From Mobula hypostoma (Eukaryota), in contig NC_086097.1 of NCBI RefSeq assembly GCF_963921235.1, positions 241,802,001 through 241,866,000 of the forward strand: 64,000 nt of DNA, given 5' to 3'. Position 1 is the first letter of the stretch, and every line of letters begins with the position of its first letter. Under the pieces are notes generated by a model. The model had not been told where the DNA came from and searched no databases. It saw nothing but the letters and a program-made list of their open reading frames with translations. Shown in pieces: positions 36,690 through 50,574 of this stretch. Both the position numbers and the translations under genes were made by a program.

Positions 36690-37278
36690 CACACACACAA
36701 AATGGTTAAGGAACTCTGTATCTATGGAAATGAACAAACAATTAATGTTTTGGGCAAAGACCCTTCTTCAGCACTAGAAAGGAAGGGGAAAGATGCCAGA
36801 ATAAAAAAGTGAGGGTGGGGAGGAGGAGACTAGCTAGAAGGTGGTAGGTGAAGCCAGGTGGGTAGGAACCTGAAGAGAAAGTAATCTGATAGGAGGGGAG
36901 AGTGGACAACAGGAGAAGGGGACCCAGAGGGAGGTGATCGGCAAGTGAGAAGGGGTAAAAGAATAGATTAGGGAATAGAAGAAGAGGGGAAGGGGAGGGT
37001 AGAAAAATTACCAAAAGATAATCGATATTCATGCCATCAGGTTGGAGGTTACCCAGAAGGAATTTAAAGTGTCGTTCCTTCACCCTGACGTGGGCTCATC
37101 CTGGCAGAAGAGGAGGCCATAGGTTGACATGTTGGAACAGAAATGGGAATGGAAATTAAAATGTCTAGCCACTGGAAAGTGCTGCCTTTGGCAGATGGAG
37201 CAGAGGAGCTCGACAAAGCATTCCCCCAATTTACGATCGGTCTCGCCAATGTAGAGGAGGCTACATAGGGAGCACCAG
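36690..37278 (-). mobile_element. Penelope GIY-YIG/3' fragment
   Basis: LLYIGETDRKLGECFVE..LGNLQPDGMNID; decayed hammerhead near 36745-36775. Confidence 0.8.
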
Positions 37279-38094
37279 AAAATACTGTGTTTACGTTAAT
37301 GAATTTTTGTAATAAATTGCGAGTCTAAACAAAGACAGCGATAAAACTTGTGCTGCTAGGAGAGGAGAGCAATGAAGGCTTGCTTGTTTCAGATAATCTT
37401 TCTAGAGATAAGAGAAAGAAATAAAGGGAGAGGGACAAATGCAATGCTAGAAGTAAAACATTGGGAAAAAATACTGGCAATCTGAAATAAAAGGGAATCC
37501 TGGGAATACTCAACATACAAACTGAAAAGTTAATCATCTGAAATTGCTGAATCCATAAGAGGAAAGAAATAATTCATGTACAACATCTCACAATTCTGAA
37601 ATTGTTAAATGACTGCCCTGAATGATTTTCTTGCATCTGTATCTTCTTTTGACAAACCAATTCTCAACCAGCACCAGTCCCATCATTCAGTTGGACTCCA
37701 CCCTCTTCTCTCCTCTGAGCTTTAACATGATTATTTTCTCAAATGTTATGTTTTTGAAAGTCTATTGACCTGGGGCATTAACAGCTTCTCTCTCCACAGG
37801 CAAAGTATTTCCAGCAATTTCTGTTTTCAAATCATATTTCCAGCATCCACAGATTTCTTCAGAAAAAGAAATCTGAAATAAGAACAAAATATGCTGGAAA
37901 CACTCAGGAGGATGGCAACATCAGTGAGAAATGGTTAACGCTTTCAGGTCAAAGACTTTTCATCAGTGGTATAAAATCCTGATATAGAACTAGAACACTT
38001 GGGTCATAAAAGTTATTCAGGCACTTCAAAGTTTGCCATGTCTTTGAAAATTAGGAAAACTGAAGTAGAATATGGCAATGTTGAAAATATTTAT

Positions 38095-38360
38095 TTTATT
38101 TAGAGATACAGCATACAACAGGCCCTTCCGGCCCAGTGAGCCGCACCACCGAGCAAACAACCTACTCCATCCTAGCTTAATCAGAGGACAATATACACTG
38201 ACCAATTAACCAACCGTTGGAATGTGGGAGGAAACCAGAATATCAGGAGGAAACCAACGTGGTCATAAGCAAGATATATGAGCTCCTTACAGACAGTGCC
38301 AGAAATGGCTCCCAACTCTTATTAGTTGTATTAGTGTTGCGTTGACCACTATGCTAATGT
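38095..38360 (-). mobile_element. tRNA-derived SINE (V-SINE-like), decayed
   Basis: Similar to the reverse complement of 41751-41998; related copies at ~41150-41465, 45055-45250, 46325-46540, 52770-53055. Confidence 0.6.
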
Positions 38361-38745
38361 GGTACCTCTATAATGTAATGGAGTATTTAAATTGTTTGTG
38401 TAACATCGTATCCCAATCAAGACTGCATTAGGGTGCAGAAAAAAATCTAAAATACAACACAAATCATAAACTAAGAAAAGAAATGCCATAACTACAACAC
38501 ACATAGCCTGAAAATTCACAGATGGTTTCATATGAAGGCATTGTATATGTATTGCATAATTTGAGAGCCACTTTTAAAATAGTCAACACCAGCATACTAC
38601 ATTTTGTACTGACTAATTCTGACTGCAATTTTTGGATATATTTCAATGTTTTAAAACAAAGGTGGTTCCAGAAAAGACAGTGAAATTGATTTTGCGTGTT
38701 AGATACATTCTGATTCTCCTTTTTTTTCCATGAGAACAAACTTAC

Positions 38746-38845
38746 CCTTCAGGAGTGAAATCTTTCTCCTTACAAACTTCCATTAATTTCGGAGTCAGTC
38801 TGTAAGCTTTCAGTGAAAGGGAACCCTGTGCGGTTTTAATTGGAT
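38746..38845 (-). CDS. EIF3H: EIF3H internal coding exon, 100 nt, equivalent to human exon 4
   Basis: (D)[32 protein letters not shown](G). Acceptor ctttctag, donor GG|GTAAGT. Phase matches the previous exon. Not in the ORF track; read directly from the sequence. Confidence 0.98.
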
Positions 38846-40859
38846 CTAGAAAGAATCGAAGTGAGAAGAAGTAAGCTAATTCTTAAAACTATTTGCATTT
38901 GCAGAAATACTACTGCGAAAATCAGACTGGATCAACATTGACATCCTCCCCTACTTACAAAAGATTCAACAAAAGCAGATTTTTTTTTTTAAAAAAGCAG
39001 CTTGGCTGTCTCTATATTATAGCAAGAAAACTTTTTTTTCATTCTTGGAGCTGTATCTAAAGCTGGCCTCTATGGTGCACACTCTGCAGAGAAGTATTGT
39101 TTAGATATTGCACACAAAGACCATATGCAGAGGTCTGACATTTTTCTATGGACCTGCTGCTGAATCTTTGCCCTGAATCCCCAGTGTATGGTAGGAAAAA
39201 TGAGTTTCTATCCACACCGAGAGCACTTGTACTGATAGAATATGATGTTTTGGCTTACTAACAGAATACTAAATATCCATGGGCAATACTTTATATTTGT
39301 AGTCAGATAAGTCAAACTCCAGAAAATTCTCTGGAATTATGAATTGAAATGCATCTGAAAAAAATCTTCCTTTGGGAATTGAAGCTATGAGTTGGTAAAG
39401 AAAACCTGATTCTCAAGCATCTGCATATGGGAGAAAAATGGAAAGCTTTTTTCTCTTTCTCTAAGGACAGTATGAGGCACATGGTCGGGGCAGAAATAAA
39501 GAGAGCTTGAAGATGTATTCAATCACATTAAATCGAACAGGCGGGGGTGTATTTGAATAAGACATTAATGCCCCCAAAAGAAAGAAAATGCTGAGTACAA
39601 CCAAATATTAAACAGAAATATAACGTCCACTAATATTTTCTAAATAACATATTTGTCTCTAGTCCAATCAGAAATTTAAACCTTTCTCTGAATAGGGGCA
39701 GACAAGGAATTGATAGACAGCTATTAAAGATGAATATGAGGGAACTCATAAAATTTGGTAACGATTGGTTCTATTGTTCCATGCCATATTCTACTGGTAT
39801 GTTTGTACACTCTTGCACTGCCCTACCATGTGTAGGTTTAAGGTAGAAGTGAAACACCCAACAGCGACATTATAAATCCTTATGTACTGGGATAAATTTG
39901 TTTATATTCAGTTCATTACTTATTTATTACATGTAATCTCAGTTTCATGCCTGAAAAACGCTAAATCATATCAGGTTTCTTTTGATAAAATGCAGTTGGG
40001 TTGATTAGCGGTTCTTAGTTGAATAAACTTCCACATTAAATGTTAGAAAACTTGCATGCAAAATTATTTTCAAGTAAATGAAAAGCTGTAAAGAGACAGA
40101 CAAACATATACATATGTAAAGTTATATGTGATACAAAATGGAAAATTGGGGAGGGAATGTTTTTTAAAAAATTACATAAAATTTCCAATGAATACAAGTA
40201 TATTTTAACAGCTTTTCTACTGTAATCCGATTGTTAACATACTGAAACAATTTTTGTCCTACTCAAAGATTAATCGTGTTCATTAGTATTTTTTCTGACA
40301 GATATTCAGGATGTAACATTTACTTCTCGGTTGGAAACTTTGTAACAGCCTGCCAGCTATGGCAAATAGTGAGCTTGGGGAAGGCAATAAAGATGTTTTA
40401 CCTACAGCTATGATACTGCACAGAACATCTGGTTTAGCAAGTAAAGGAAACAGTAGTAAATGGTCAGAAAGAAGAAAATCTTTGTGCTAGGAACAGTCGA
40501 TGTTTTGTGAGCGGCTGTCAGAGGCGAAATCTGGCAAAATGTGTCATAACTGTAAGGTCACGTACTGAGCCAGACTTAAGCAATCAGTTTTTGTTAGACA
40601 TCTGGTCCTGTTCCACCCGCCATCAACAAGGGGGAAGAGGAATGAAAAAAAAATGAAGCAGCAACTTCGGCATTCCAGAATGTACACATCAGGGCTCTGA
40701 TAGCAAGAAAAATAAATAGAAAGAAGGAAACCCTGTCTAGACTGAGCCGCTGCTGGGGCTGAGGCAGACACTGGGCTGGTATTTACCAAGAGGGGTTGCC
40801 AGGCTGCACTGCCAGGTAAACAGAGCAGAAGAAGAAATGAATAGAAAAGCGTCACTGAC

Positions 40860-41027
40860 CGTAGATGAGGACCACAGACTCTTCTATTGCATGTTGGTAA
40901 CTAAACTGGGAATCCAATAGAGCCCGGCTGACGAAAGAGCCGTAGTAAGTTGACTGATACCAGCCAACGTGGAGGTGGTCGATGTTAACATGACGCAAAC
41001 TTCTCATCATTTCCATTTGGTATTGAA
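40860..41027 (-). CDS. EIF3H: EIF3H (eIF3 subunit H, MPN domain) internal coding exon, 168 nt, equivalent to human exon 3
   Basis: Translates (V)[55 protein letters not shown](D), near identical to vertebrate eIF3h as recalled. Acceptor ttttgcag, donor G|GTCAGT. Confidence 0.98.
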
Positions 41028-41750
41028 CTGCAAAAGAAAACAGGAAAAACAAAATCATGATTTTCAAACTCTTAAAACTTTCTAAGCTAGTTTCTACTGT
41101 TAATCTATTTTATGATTTACTGGATGCCAAAAAAGATCGTTAAAAAAGATTAGCTTGATTTGTCACATGGACATCGAAAAACACAGTGAAATGTATCGTT
41201 TGCACTAACAACCAGCACAGTCCATGGATTGTGCTGGGGGCAGCCTGCAAATGTCACAATGCTGCCAGCACCATCGTAGCATGCCCACAATTTATTAATC
41301 CTAACCCGTACGTCTTTCGCACTGTGGGAGTAAACCGGAGCACCCAGAGGAAAGCTATGAGGACATGGGGAGAACATACAAACTCCTTACAGAAAGCAGT
41401 AGGAATTGAATCCTGACCAGTGATCAATGGCGATTTTTCTAACCGCTTCACTACCATGTCGCCCCACTAATGCTTTGCAAGAAGAATTTCCCACTCCAGT
41501 AAACAAATACCATTCTTAGCTTTGAACATTAATCTCCAGAAGGAAGTGAGTTTTTCTCCTTTTAAACTTGAACTTCAAACCTACTGTCTTGAACACCCTT
41601 GTTTAATATTGATCCCCCAATTTGGCCTTTGCATTATACTGTACATAGCAAGAACATGTAATGCTGAGGATTTCTGATTTAGGACAGAAAAATTCTCCAA
41701 GCAATCAAAACCACTAGTCACCAGTTTATTTTATAGCCCCCATCTACCAT

Positions 41751-41998
41751 GGAGCGGCACAATAGTGTAGTTGTTAGCACAATGCTCTACAGAACAAATG
41801 ACCCGGGTTCAATTCCTGCTGCTACCTGCAGGGAGCTTGTACGCTTTCCCCGTGACCGCGTGCGTTTCCTCGTACAGTCCAAAGATTAGTAGGTTAATTG
41901 ATCAATGTAAATTATCCGATGATTAGGCTAGAATTAAACCAGGGGGTTGCTGGGCAGCGTGGCTCAAAGGGCTGTGCAGAATCACTAAATAAAATAAA
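41751..41998 (+). mobile_element. tRNA-derived SINE (V-SINE-like)
   Basis: A-box region tagtgtagttgttagc, B-box GGGTTCAATTCC, (TAAAA)n tail; copies at 61055-61360 and 61910-62140. Confidence 0.75.
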
Positions 41999-43711
41999 AT
42001 CTAAATACTCCTATGGACTTGAGGTTTCTTTTTAATATAGCTTCCATTGGATGATACCACAGCTCAATACAACACGGTCTTCAATTCTTAACATTAAAAT
42101 CCCAATATTAAAACCGATCAATATGATACACCAAATGGATCCTGGATAGAGTGAATGTACAAGCACTTCAATAAAAAATTCAGTTTGCAAAAATAAAACA
42201 TTTTGGGAGATACAAACACCCCTGCAAAATATCTATGTACAGTTAGGGAATTTAAGACTCACATACACACTGCATATAGAAACATCTGCAAGAAATAAGT
42301 TGTGCAAAATTTACTTTTTCCACTTATTCCAGCTAGTGTCTTATTACCATACCTCTGTATAATCTGCATTTAATCAGTAATGGGCCACAGGTATTATATA
42401 TATATATTCACAATGATCACCATTAGTTGGACTGAGGGAAAAAAATAATCAAGTGGTCAAGTTTTATCCTATTTCCTCAGAATATTGTTGACAAAAAGTC
42501 TAAAATGCTCAACACCACACAAGCAACCAAACACAGCCCAGACGTTAAATTACACAAGGCTGCTGACTCAGATGACTATCAAACATGACTTCTATTTAAT
42601 TCTCAAAATAATCTTGTTGCTGGAAATGTGTCTATTGGCAGATAAACACACCACATAACCAGAGAAAGTTATAATTACAAAGGACACATGTTATTCTCCG
42701 TAGATGTGAAAACAGCTACTGCATTAAGTGCTCACCAGATGTGTCCTAACAGAATGGAAAGTGAGAATCCAAACATCATTGTTAGAATCTCAAATAAGTT
42801 ACACAGGAAGCCGGAAGATGTATAGTGGAAATGCCACCAAGGAAGATTAAATCAGCCTAATTCCACTATCCTCACCTGCAACCTTACAGCTTCAAGTGCA
42901 ACTCCCAGGATTAATGATCTTGACTAATGAGAAAAGGGTTAAATTTAAGAATTCCTTTTACAAATTTTCATTATTCAAGCATTATTTGAAAAAGAGCAGT
43001 CTGATTTGCAGAATTCAGCAAAATCGCAGCTACAATCAAAATATCAATGAATTCCACTCAGGTAAATAAACTCTTGTCGGGCATCATCCCTGATGCACAT
43101 GGCAGAGATGGTTATCGAGACATCGGTTATAATCGATACCTGTACCCAGCTGGAAGCCCGTGAAGAGTTTATCCTTTATATACACCAGGAAAGCACTAGA
43201 TTCTTTTTCAAGTTCTACTCAGATTACACGTTTTAAACTATCTTTCAAGAAGAACTTGAAACTATCTTTCAAGCCCTTTTCCTGAAAACACAAGTGGTTT
43301 AGAAAACATACAAACATAGTTTACCTGTAAACACTTCATAGTTAAATGATCAGTACAGGTTATGAACAACTTCTACCTATTTTAAGACGGTAAAATATGC
43401 AAGTGCAAATATCAAGCTGGAGGAAAAGATGCAATACAATGCTGAATTAAAACACTTGATTTTTTTTAAAGGATACAATATGATACTCAGAGAGCAAATC
43501 TCTACCATATGGCAACTGGGTCTTTAATAAAAGATATTAAGCAATGGAGAAAAAGATTCAAATCCTCGGGATAGGTGGTTTTAATCTCAAACATCCTGTT
43601 TTCACTATATTGGTGAGTCAGAATATTAGGGGACTAAAATTTCATATCCTTTACACAATTGTACTCTGTTATGGTATTTACTTTATATTACCTCTATGCA
43701 CTATTGTAATC

Positions 43712-44182
43712 ATGACATAGGAGCAGAATTAGGCTGTTCAGGCCATCGAGCCTGCTCCACCATTCCATCATGGCTGATTTATTATCACCTCTCAACTCCA
43801 TTCTCCTGCCTTTCCCCTGTAACTTTTGACACCCTTGCTAATCATCTTGGTATATCCAATTGCTTGGCCTGCGCAGCCATATATAGCAATGAATACCACA
43901 GATTCACCACCCGCTAACTAAAGAAATTCCTCCTCATCTCTGTTCTAAAGGGCCTTTATTCTGAGGCTGTGCCTTCTGGTCCAAGGCTCCCCCACTATAG
44001 GAAACATCCTCTCCACATCCACTCTATTAAAGTCTTTCAATATTCAATAGGTTTCAGTGAGATCCCCACCTTGTTTTCACAAACACCAGTAAGTGCAGGC
44101 CCAGAGCTGTCAAACACTACTCAACATTAACCCTGGGATCATTTTTGTGAATCTCCTCTGAACCATCTCCAATGCCAGCACA
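43712..44182 (-). mobile_element. CR1 3' fragment
   Basis: Same 3' body as 2890-3380 and 23935-24436. Confidence 0.85.
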
Positions 44183-44396
44183 TTGTATGAATAGCATGCA
44201 ATACAGTATATGACAATAATAAATCAATTTTCCATTAAAATTAATCAGTCCTGCTTTCAACTCTACAAAATGGATGCATATCTGGAGCAATATCCAATCC
44301 ATTCTGTTCACAATCACAATAATTTGTGCAAATAAATCGTCTCCGGCTATATTCAGAATATGCTGCTTTTTTCTTAAGACACACGACAATCAAATC

Positions 44397-44578
44397 ACAA
44401 ACAAGAGAAAGTCTGCAGATGCTGGAAGTCCGAGCAAAACACACAAAATATCGGAGAAGCTCAGCAGGCCAGGCAGTATCTATGGAAAAAAGTACAGTCC
44501 AAGTTTCGGGCCGAGACCCTTTGAAAGGTCGTCTGTCCTGCCTGGCCTGCGGAGTTCCTCCAGCATTTTGTGTGTGTT
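44397..44578. mobile_element. Fold-back miniature PLE derivative
   Basis: Inverted arms acacacaaaata..gcaggccaggcag / ctgcctggcctgc..attttgtgtgt with a partial hammerhead in the loop. Confidence 0.75.
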
Positions 44579-45254
44579 ACACAAAAATCAGATCCTTTCG
44601 GGAATCTATGGATGACAGTTTTGAAAGTTGATTGGACTTTGCATGCTCAAGAAATACAAAAGCATTTCTACATCAGAATGGATGGGGAGGGTGAGAGAAA
44701 TGCAGAAGAAATGCATTTGTGCTGGAATTAATTGGCAGAGTCTGTAGAAATCAGTGCAGATACATCTCCACCTAGGTGCTTAGCCCCTCTCCCCACCCCC
44801 CCCCGACCAGGGTCACGTGAAACCATGGGAGCAGATCGTTTGAGCAGCTGGTGCAGATCACAAGTCCTGGTTGTGCGACCACTGACACCAGGCAGACAAT
44901 CCCTGAAGAATATTGATAATGGCTGGGGTCAGCTGTCTTGTAAATACGCTGCCCAGAAGAAGGCAATGGCAAACCACTTCTGTAGAAAAATTTACCAACA
45001 ATTATGATCACGGAAAGACCATGATTGCCCATGGCATATAACGGGTGAATGAGCCACTACTGCCCAATTAACATCTTTGTTAATCTTTGGGATGTGGGAG
45101 GAAACTGGAACTGAATGAAGCCCATACGGTCATGGGGTGAACACAGACAGTGGCGGGTAATGAACCCAGGTTGCTGATGCTGCAACAGTGTTACAGTAAC
45201 GGCTATGCTACAATGCTGCCCATAATGTTACACTAACCAATATACTACCGTGGG

Positions 45255-45790
45255 TTCCTAAAGCTCTGACTACCTATAAAGTGCTCCAAATGGTGTGCAT
45301 CTGTAACGGCCTCTGACAACCAAGTTCAACTCTTGGCCTTTATGTGTGGCTTAGCTACTAGGCAAGAGAAGGGGCAATGGCGGACCACGGTCGCCTCAAA
45401 ACCAGTTGCTTCGGGCAGGTGGGGCTCATCAGCCTTGGACAGCAGCCCACCTAGGTGAAGGAAAACTGATTTTCAACCTCCACTGCCTTGCAGCCATACC
45501 CACCTACGGGAAAAGCTTCAGGAGTAAACCCCGAGGAAGAAATTCAGAGCCGGGGTCCCTGACGCTGTTTGATGTTGTTCAGAACTTCACTCTGGCAACC
45601 TCTGCGACGACATTCGTGCTAAGCTCTATCGGCGCTTGCCCTTCCCTTATCATTGATTTGGGGGGGGGGGGGAATCACACTGCGTGGGCAACAGCCAGTT
45701 CTTCAAATCTTCCCGCCCAGGCTTGCGCCCTGGAGAGGACACAGTCCACCAGAGGCGCAAACCCATGATCCCCTAGGATCGACAGCAGCC
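45255..45790 (-). mobile_element. Divergent subfamily of family A repeat
   Basis: Colinear with 21230-21811 but with a different terminal region. Confidence 0.7.
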
Positions 45791-48701
45791 CACTACTATA
45801 CTACTGTGCCTCACACAACTTAGCTAAGAACTGTTTCATTTCTTTAGAATAAAACAGACAATTGAAAAAATTATTATTTTTTGCAGCCATTTTCAACTAT
45901 CAGTGACATTTACAAATAGTAAAAAAAAGGGGCCTTTGGGAGCGCAAGCTGTCAGAGGATCATCAAACTGTTCGTGCATGTGGTCTTATTTCTGCTGCCT
46001 GCCACTCGCTGCATCACGTAGAACGAACAAGGCAACCACACCTACAGGACCTTCAGAGCCAAACAGCTGCAAAAATATATTGAGGCTGTGGTGCGAGCTC
46101 AGGTAATGACCAGTATAGGCTGGGGTTAGCAGGGGTTAAACAGCAGATGCCAATGCTGCTTTCATGATGGAAAGTCAGCCACAGGTTGACATCAAGCACA
46201 TGTTCAGATCTACAAATACTCCACAGAGAAGTATAAGGTATCTAATACCTGCACCATAATGTCCTACGTATTATACAGTAACAATGCTTTTCCACTTCAT
46301 ACTTTTAAATATCTGTATAACAATTTAACAGTACAGTAACAGTCCAACAAGCTCACACTGCCCAATTACAGCCCTGTAACCAATTATCCAACCACCCGGT
46401 ACGTCCTTGGAACGTGGGAGGAATCTGGAGCACCCCGATGAAACCCACACGGTCACAGGTAGACTATACAAACACCTTACAGAAGTGAAGGATCAAATCC
46501 AGGTGGCTGTTGCTGTAATAGCGTCACGCTAACCACCATGCAACCATGTCACATGCCCCATCCCACCCCCGCCAAGTTCTGCGAGTTCAATTTGCACTTT
46601 ATACAACATGAAAATGCTTCATTTGTAACTGGTCTCTTTGTAATCCACCGCTCTGCTGCCAACATTTCCCTTAAATCACACCCCTCTCCCTTGACTTCGT
46701 GTTCTGTATCTTGTCATCAAAGAATTCAAGCTGGCTTGGAAGGCTACACAGACTATCCAAATACATAGCAACAGTAGTGAAGAGTGGGGAAAGAAGTGAG
46801 GGACAAAGTAAACTAGATTGATGAGACGTAGGCTGCAGCAGTTCCTTTCGTCTATGGGTCAGTTTCCATTATCCACTTCTTCCCCCTCAACAGCTCATAT
46901 TGCATGGGAACAGCTTTGTTTCCAAAAGTCTGGCCAAGACGGCTGACAAAGCAACTTTATAGCTACAATTTAGAAAATGCACAAGCTCATTAGAAGCAAG
47001 GAGTCATACACCAATGTGATAAGACACAGGACCGCATCTGTAAACCAATGTGATCCGTGATTCACATAGATTTCTGAACGGACAATGATCCTTCTTCGGT
47101 CCTTCTTTGTTTTCTGGCAGTCTGGGGAAGAGGAATCTCAGAGTTATATACTGCAAAAATACTTTGATAATAGATGTACCTTGAATATACACACATACTT
47201 AAACACACACACGTTATATATACAAGCCAGCCAGCACAGACACCACCACACCACTTGCGTGCGTACGAGCGCGTGGGGTGCATGTGTGTGGGGTGGCATC
47301 AGAGCTGGCTGACTTCTTGCACGTTTACCATCCATGCTGGGTCGAGCGTCGAGCTAGCAACCCAGCCTTGTAAAAAACAAATGCTAAGGAAATGGCAAAA
47401 ATGCTGCCCAATGCAGAGAAAGGAATAACACACACACACACATTTCTTATGTATTGCACTGTACTGCTGCTGCAATACAACTAATTTCACGACATGTCAG
47501 TGATACCAAACCAGAATCTGATTCTGAAACTCCCCAAATGGCAAATTATTAATTAGGACATGCCAAGAAAGGAGGTGCTAGCCACTTCCCACAGGGAGGG
47601 AAATCAATCACAAGGTTTTCTTTAATCCCATTTAGACTATTGATGCCAATGTGCTGCAGGGGAAAATAAAGATCACTTTGGAGCCAAAACCTCAATGTAA
47701 GAGTACGCGCATATGATACTGTGAAATCATCTCAAACTGTCACAACAATGACAATAGTAATCAACACCATTTTATCCTCATGTCAAAACAGCTCAGAATA
47801 TTCACTGCAAACTTGAAAGGAAAAAGGGTGTTTGTTCTTAGATAAAGTGAATGAAAACAAAAAGTTCTCATACTTTTTAAAATCCTGATACCAAGCAATG
47901 CAGTGAGTGAGCCATTTTAGCTGCCTTCAACCACCTTTGCAGCAGAATAAAAAGTGGATAAGATGGGAAAAAAAAGTTGCTGCAATAATTTTTTTCAGCT
48001 TTATCTGAAATTAATGTTGCTTTTTGGGATGGAGATCAGATAATGTAATTTACATGCCTGGAAGTAAAATTTAGTTAAATTCAACTAACAAAATTGTATC
48101 AGTCACAAAGAAATATTTAAAAGTTCTCTGTTCCCTACAATGCCAGGAGACAGTCATGCTTATTAAAATACCAGTTGGCAAGTATACTTGCAATGCATTA
48201 GATTAAAATGGTTTTTGGGCTCTGCAGCTATACTCCATTTTCAAATATGTAATCAAAAACATGAATTCAAACATTTTCATTGGGCCAGGAAAATGATTAG
48301 CCACTTCGGATGCCTAATGAGTACCTTCGTGAGATGAGAACATAAACATTTTAAAACTCAACTCTTTTGTGTACTGTGGTCCGAAAGAACATTGTTCATT
48401 TGGTTGTATATATGTGCAGTCAAATGACAACAAATTTGAATTTGATCTTGAAATCATCAATTATGCTTTACAAGTTTGATAAAAGTTAGTATATTGACAT
48501 CTTGACTCTTCCACATTCAGATCCATTTATTTATCACATGCACGTTTATCAAAACATACAGTGAAATGTGTTGTTTGCATTAACAATCAATATAACCAGA
48601 GGATATATGAGGCATATTGACCCGAACTTATTATGGTTGTAACAGGGATCTTTCTAGTTCTCAGCAAATTTGTTATCAAAGTAGGTATATGTTAACCATG
48701 T

Positions 48702-49104
48702 TAACCAAGGATGCCCCCATGTCGGCTACCCTGCAGAGTGTTATATGGCCAGCTACATCATGGTCAACGCTCAGCTGGAGGGCCGAAGAAGTGCTATAAG
48801 GATCAGATGAAGAATGCTTTAAGGAAGTGCAAGATCAGACCCGAGGACCTGGAGGATGTTGCTGTTGACCGTACCACTTGGCGAGAGCTGTGTAGGGACG
48901 GGGTTCGTGTTCTCGAGATGGAAAGAACAACCAGAAGACAGCAGAAGAGAGCCAGGAGAAATGCAGCCATGGTTGCCACCACTACCACATATACTGTCCC
49001 ACCTGCAATAGAGCTTGTGGGTCCAGGATAGGACTGTATAGTCATCAAAGATCTCACCGTTAAAGGAGTGGACGTTGTCATCGGATTTCAAAGGACTACC
49101 GAAG
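48702..49104 (+). mobile_element. RTE LINE 3' fragment
   Basis: RLPCRVLYGQLHHGQRSAGGPKKCYKD..AVDRTTWR and CPTCNRACGSRIGLYSHQRSH (frameshifted). 13-bp TSD ATGTTAACCATGT at 48689-48701 and 49105-49117. Confidence 0.9.
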
Positions 49105-49190
49105 ATGTTAACCATGTGCTACCTTGAGATTCAATATCTTGCAGGGATTTACAAGAAAAATAGAATTTTAAGAGAACTTATACATAAACA

Positions 49191-49768
49191 GTTCCTTAAG
49201 ATTGTTACAGCCGAGGGTGGTAATGGGAACAAGCTCCCACTATCTATTAAATGCTCCCAATGGTGTGCGCCTCAAATAGCAACAGACAATTTGAGGCTCC
49301 TGGCCTTCATGTGTGGGTTATACTAAGCCCGGCAGAACAGTTTCTACTGACAGCAGAAGGGGCAAAGGCGGGTTACTGGCACGTCAAAACCAGTCACTTT
49401 GGGCAGATGGGGCTCATCAGCCGTGGTTGGCAGCTCATCTAGGAGAAGGGAAAACTCTGATCTCAAACCTCTGCTGCCTTGCGGCTTTACCCACTCATAG
49501 GGAAGGCTTCGGGAGTAAACCCCAAGGGAAAAACCCAGAGCTGGAGTCCCTGAGGCAGTCCTACATTGAGTACAATGCTGACTGGCAACTCCTGCGATGC
49601 TGCTGGTACCAAACTGTGTCTGCTGTTCTTTCAGGTTCATGAGATGTGTGAAGAGGGGGAGCTTGCTACATGGGTAACAGCTTCTCTCCATACCGTGCTA
49701 CCCAGGCTTGCTTATCTAGACAGCTATGACGTAATATCCATGGTCAACACTGACTGACGGAGGCCTCT
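49191..49768 (-). mobile_element. Family A repeat copy
   Basis: Colinear with 21230-21811. Confidence 0.8.
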
Positions 49769-49793
49769 CACTCTCGCTGTACACAAACATACA

Positions 49794-49940
49794 AAGCAAC
49801 ACACACACAAAGTGCTGGAGGAACTCGGCAGGCCAGGCAGCATCTAGAAAAAGAGTACTGATGATGCCCAGCTTGCCGAATTCCTCCAGCATTGTGTGTG
49901 TTGCTCAGATTTCCAGGATCTACAGATTTTCTCGTTTGTG
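49794..49940. mobile_element. Fold-back miniature PLE derivative
   Basis: Inverted PLE tails; 11-bp direct repeat ACAAACATACA at 49783-49793 and 49941-49951. Confidence 0.8.
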
Positions 49941-50574
49941 ACAAACATACAGATGTACAAATAACCAATGCGCAAGAGAAGACAAACTGAGCAAATAAAA
50001 AATGGTCGTCTCAACTATCACCTGCCAGCTAGTACTCCTTCCCTCTCCCCCCACCTTTTTAATCTGGCTTCCTTTCCAGTCCTGATGAAGGGTCTCAGCC
50101 CAAAACATCCTCTCCATAGATGCTGCCTGACCTGCTGAGTGCCTCCAGCATTTTGTGTGTGCTGCTCAAGAACTCAGCATCTGCAGAATCTCTTGCATTT
50201 TTTGTTTCAGCCACGACCGGCCTCTTTCAATACAATAACCTGCTCACCAGTGCAGACTTTGGTTTTGCCAAGGCCACTGGGTTTCGAGCCTCACCACACG
50301 CAGCACTGGACTAATGAGACAAATTCTAGAAGAAAGGCAAAACTGGTGCCCTATATATCCAAGCAGTTGACCAAATGAAGCATCAAGGAACCACAGTAAA
50401 ATTAAAATCAGCAGCCAGAGGAGAAACAGTTCAATGGCCGAAGTCAATACCTCTCACAAAGGAAAACGGATGCTGCCGTTGGAGATCCATTACCCAATAT
50501 TCCTGCAGAAAACTACAGGCTCCATTTGAAAATTTAATCAGCATCACCATTTTCAATTGATTCTTTTTTTTACT

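Noticed and set aside
40544..40855. 103-aa ORF with a signal-peptide-like start
   Set aside because: Starts at a GTG overlapping the exon 3 donor; the hydrophobicity reflects an intronic pyrimidine tract
41751..41830. tRNA gene
   Set aside because: A/B boxes continue into a SINE body repeated elsewhere; no intact cloverleaf
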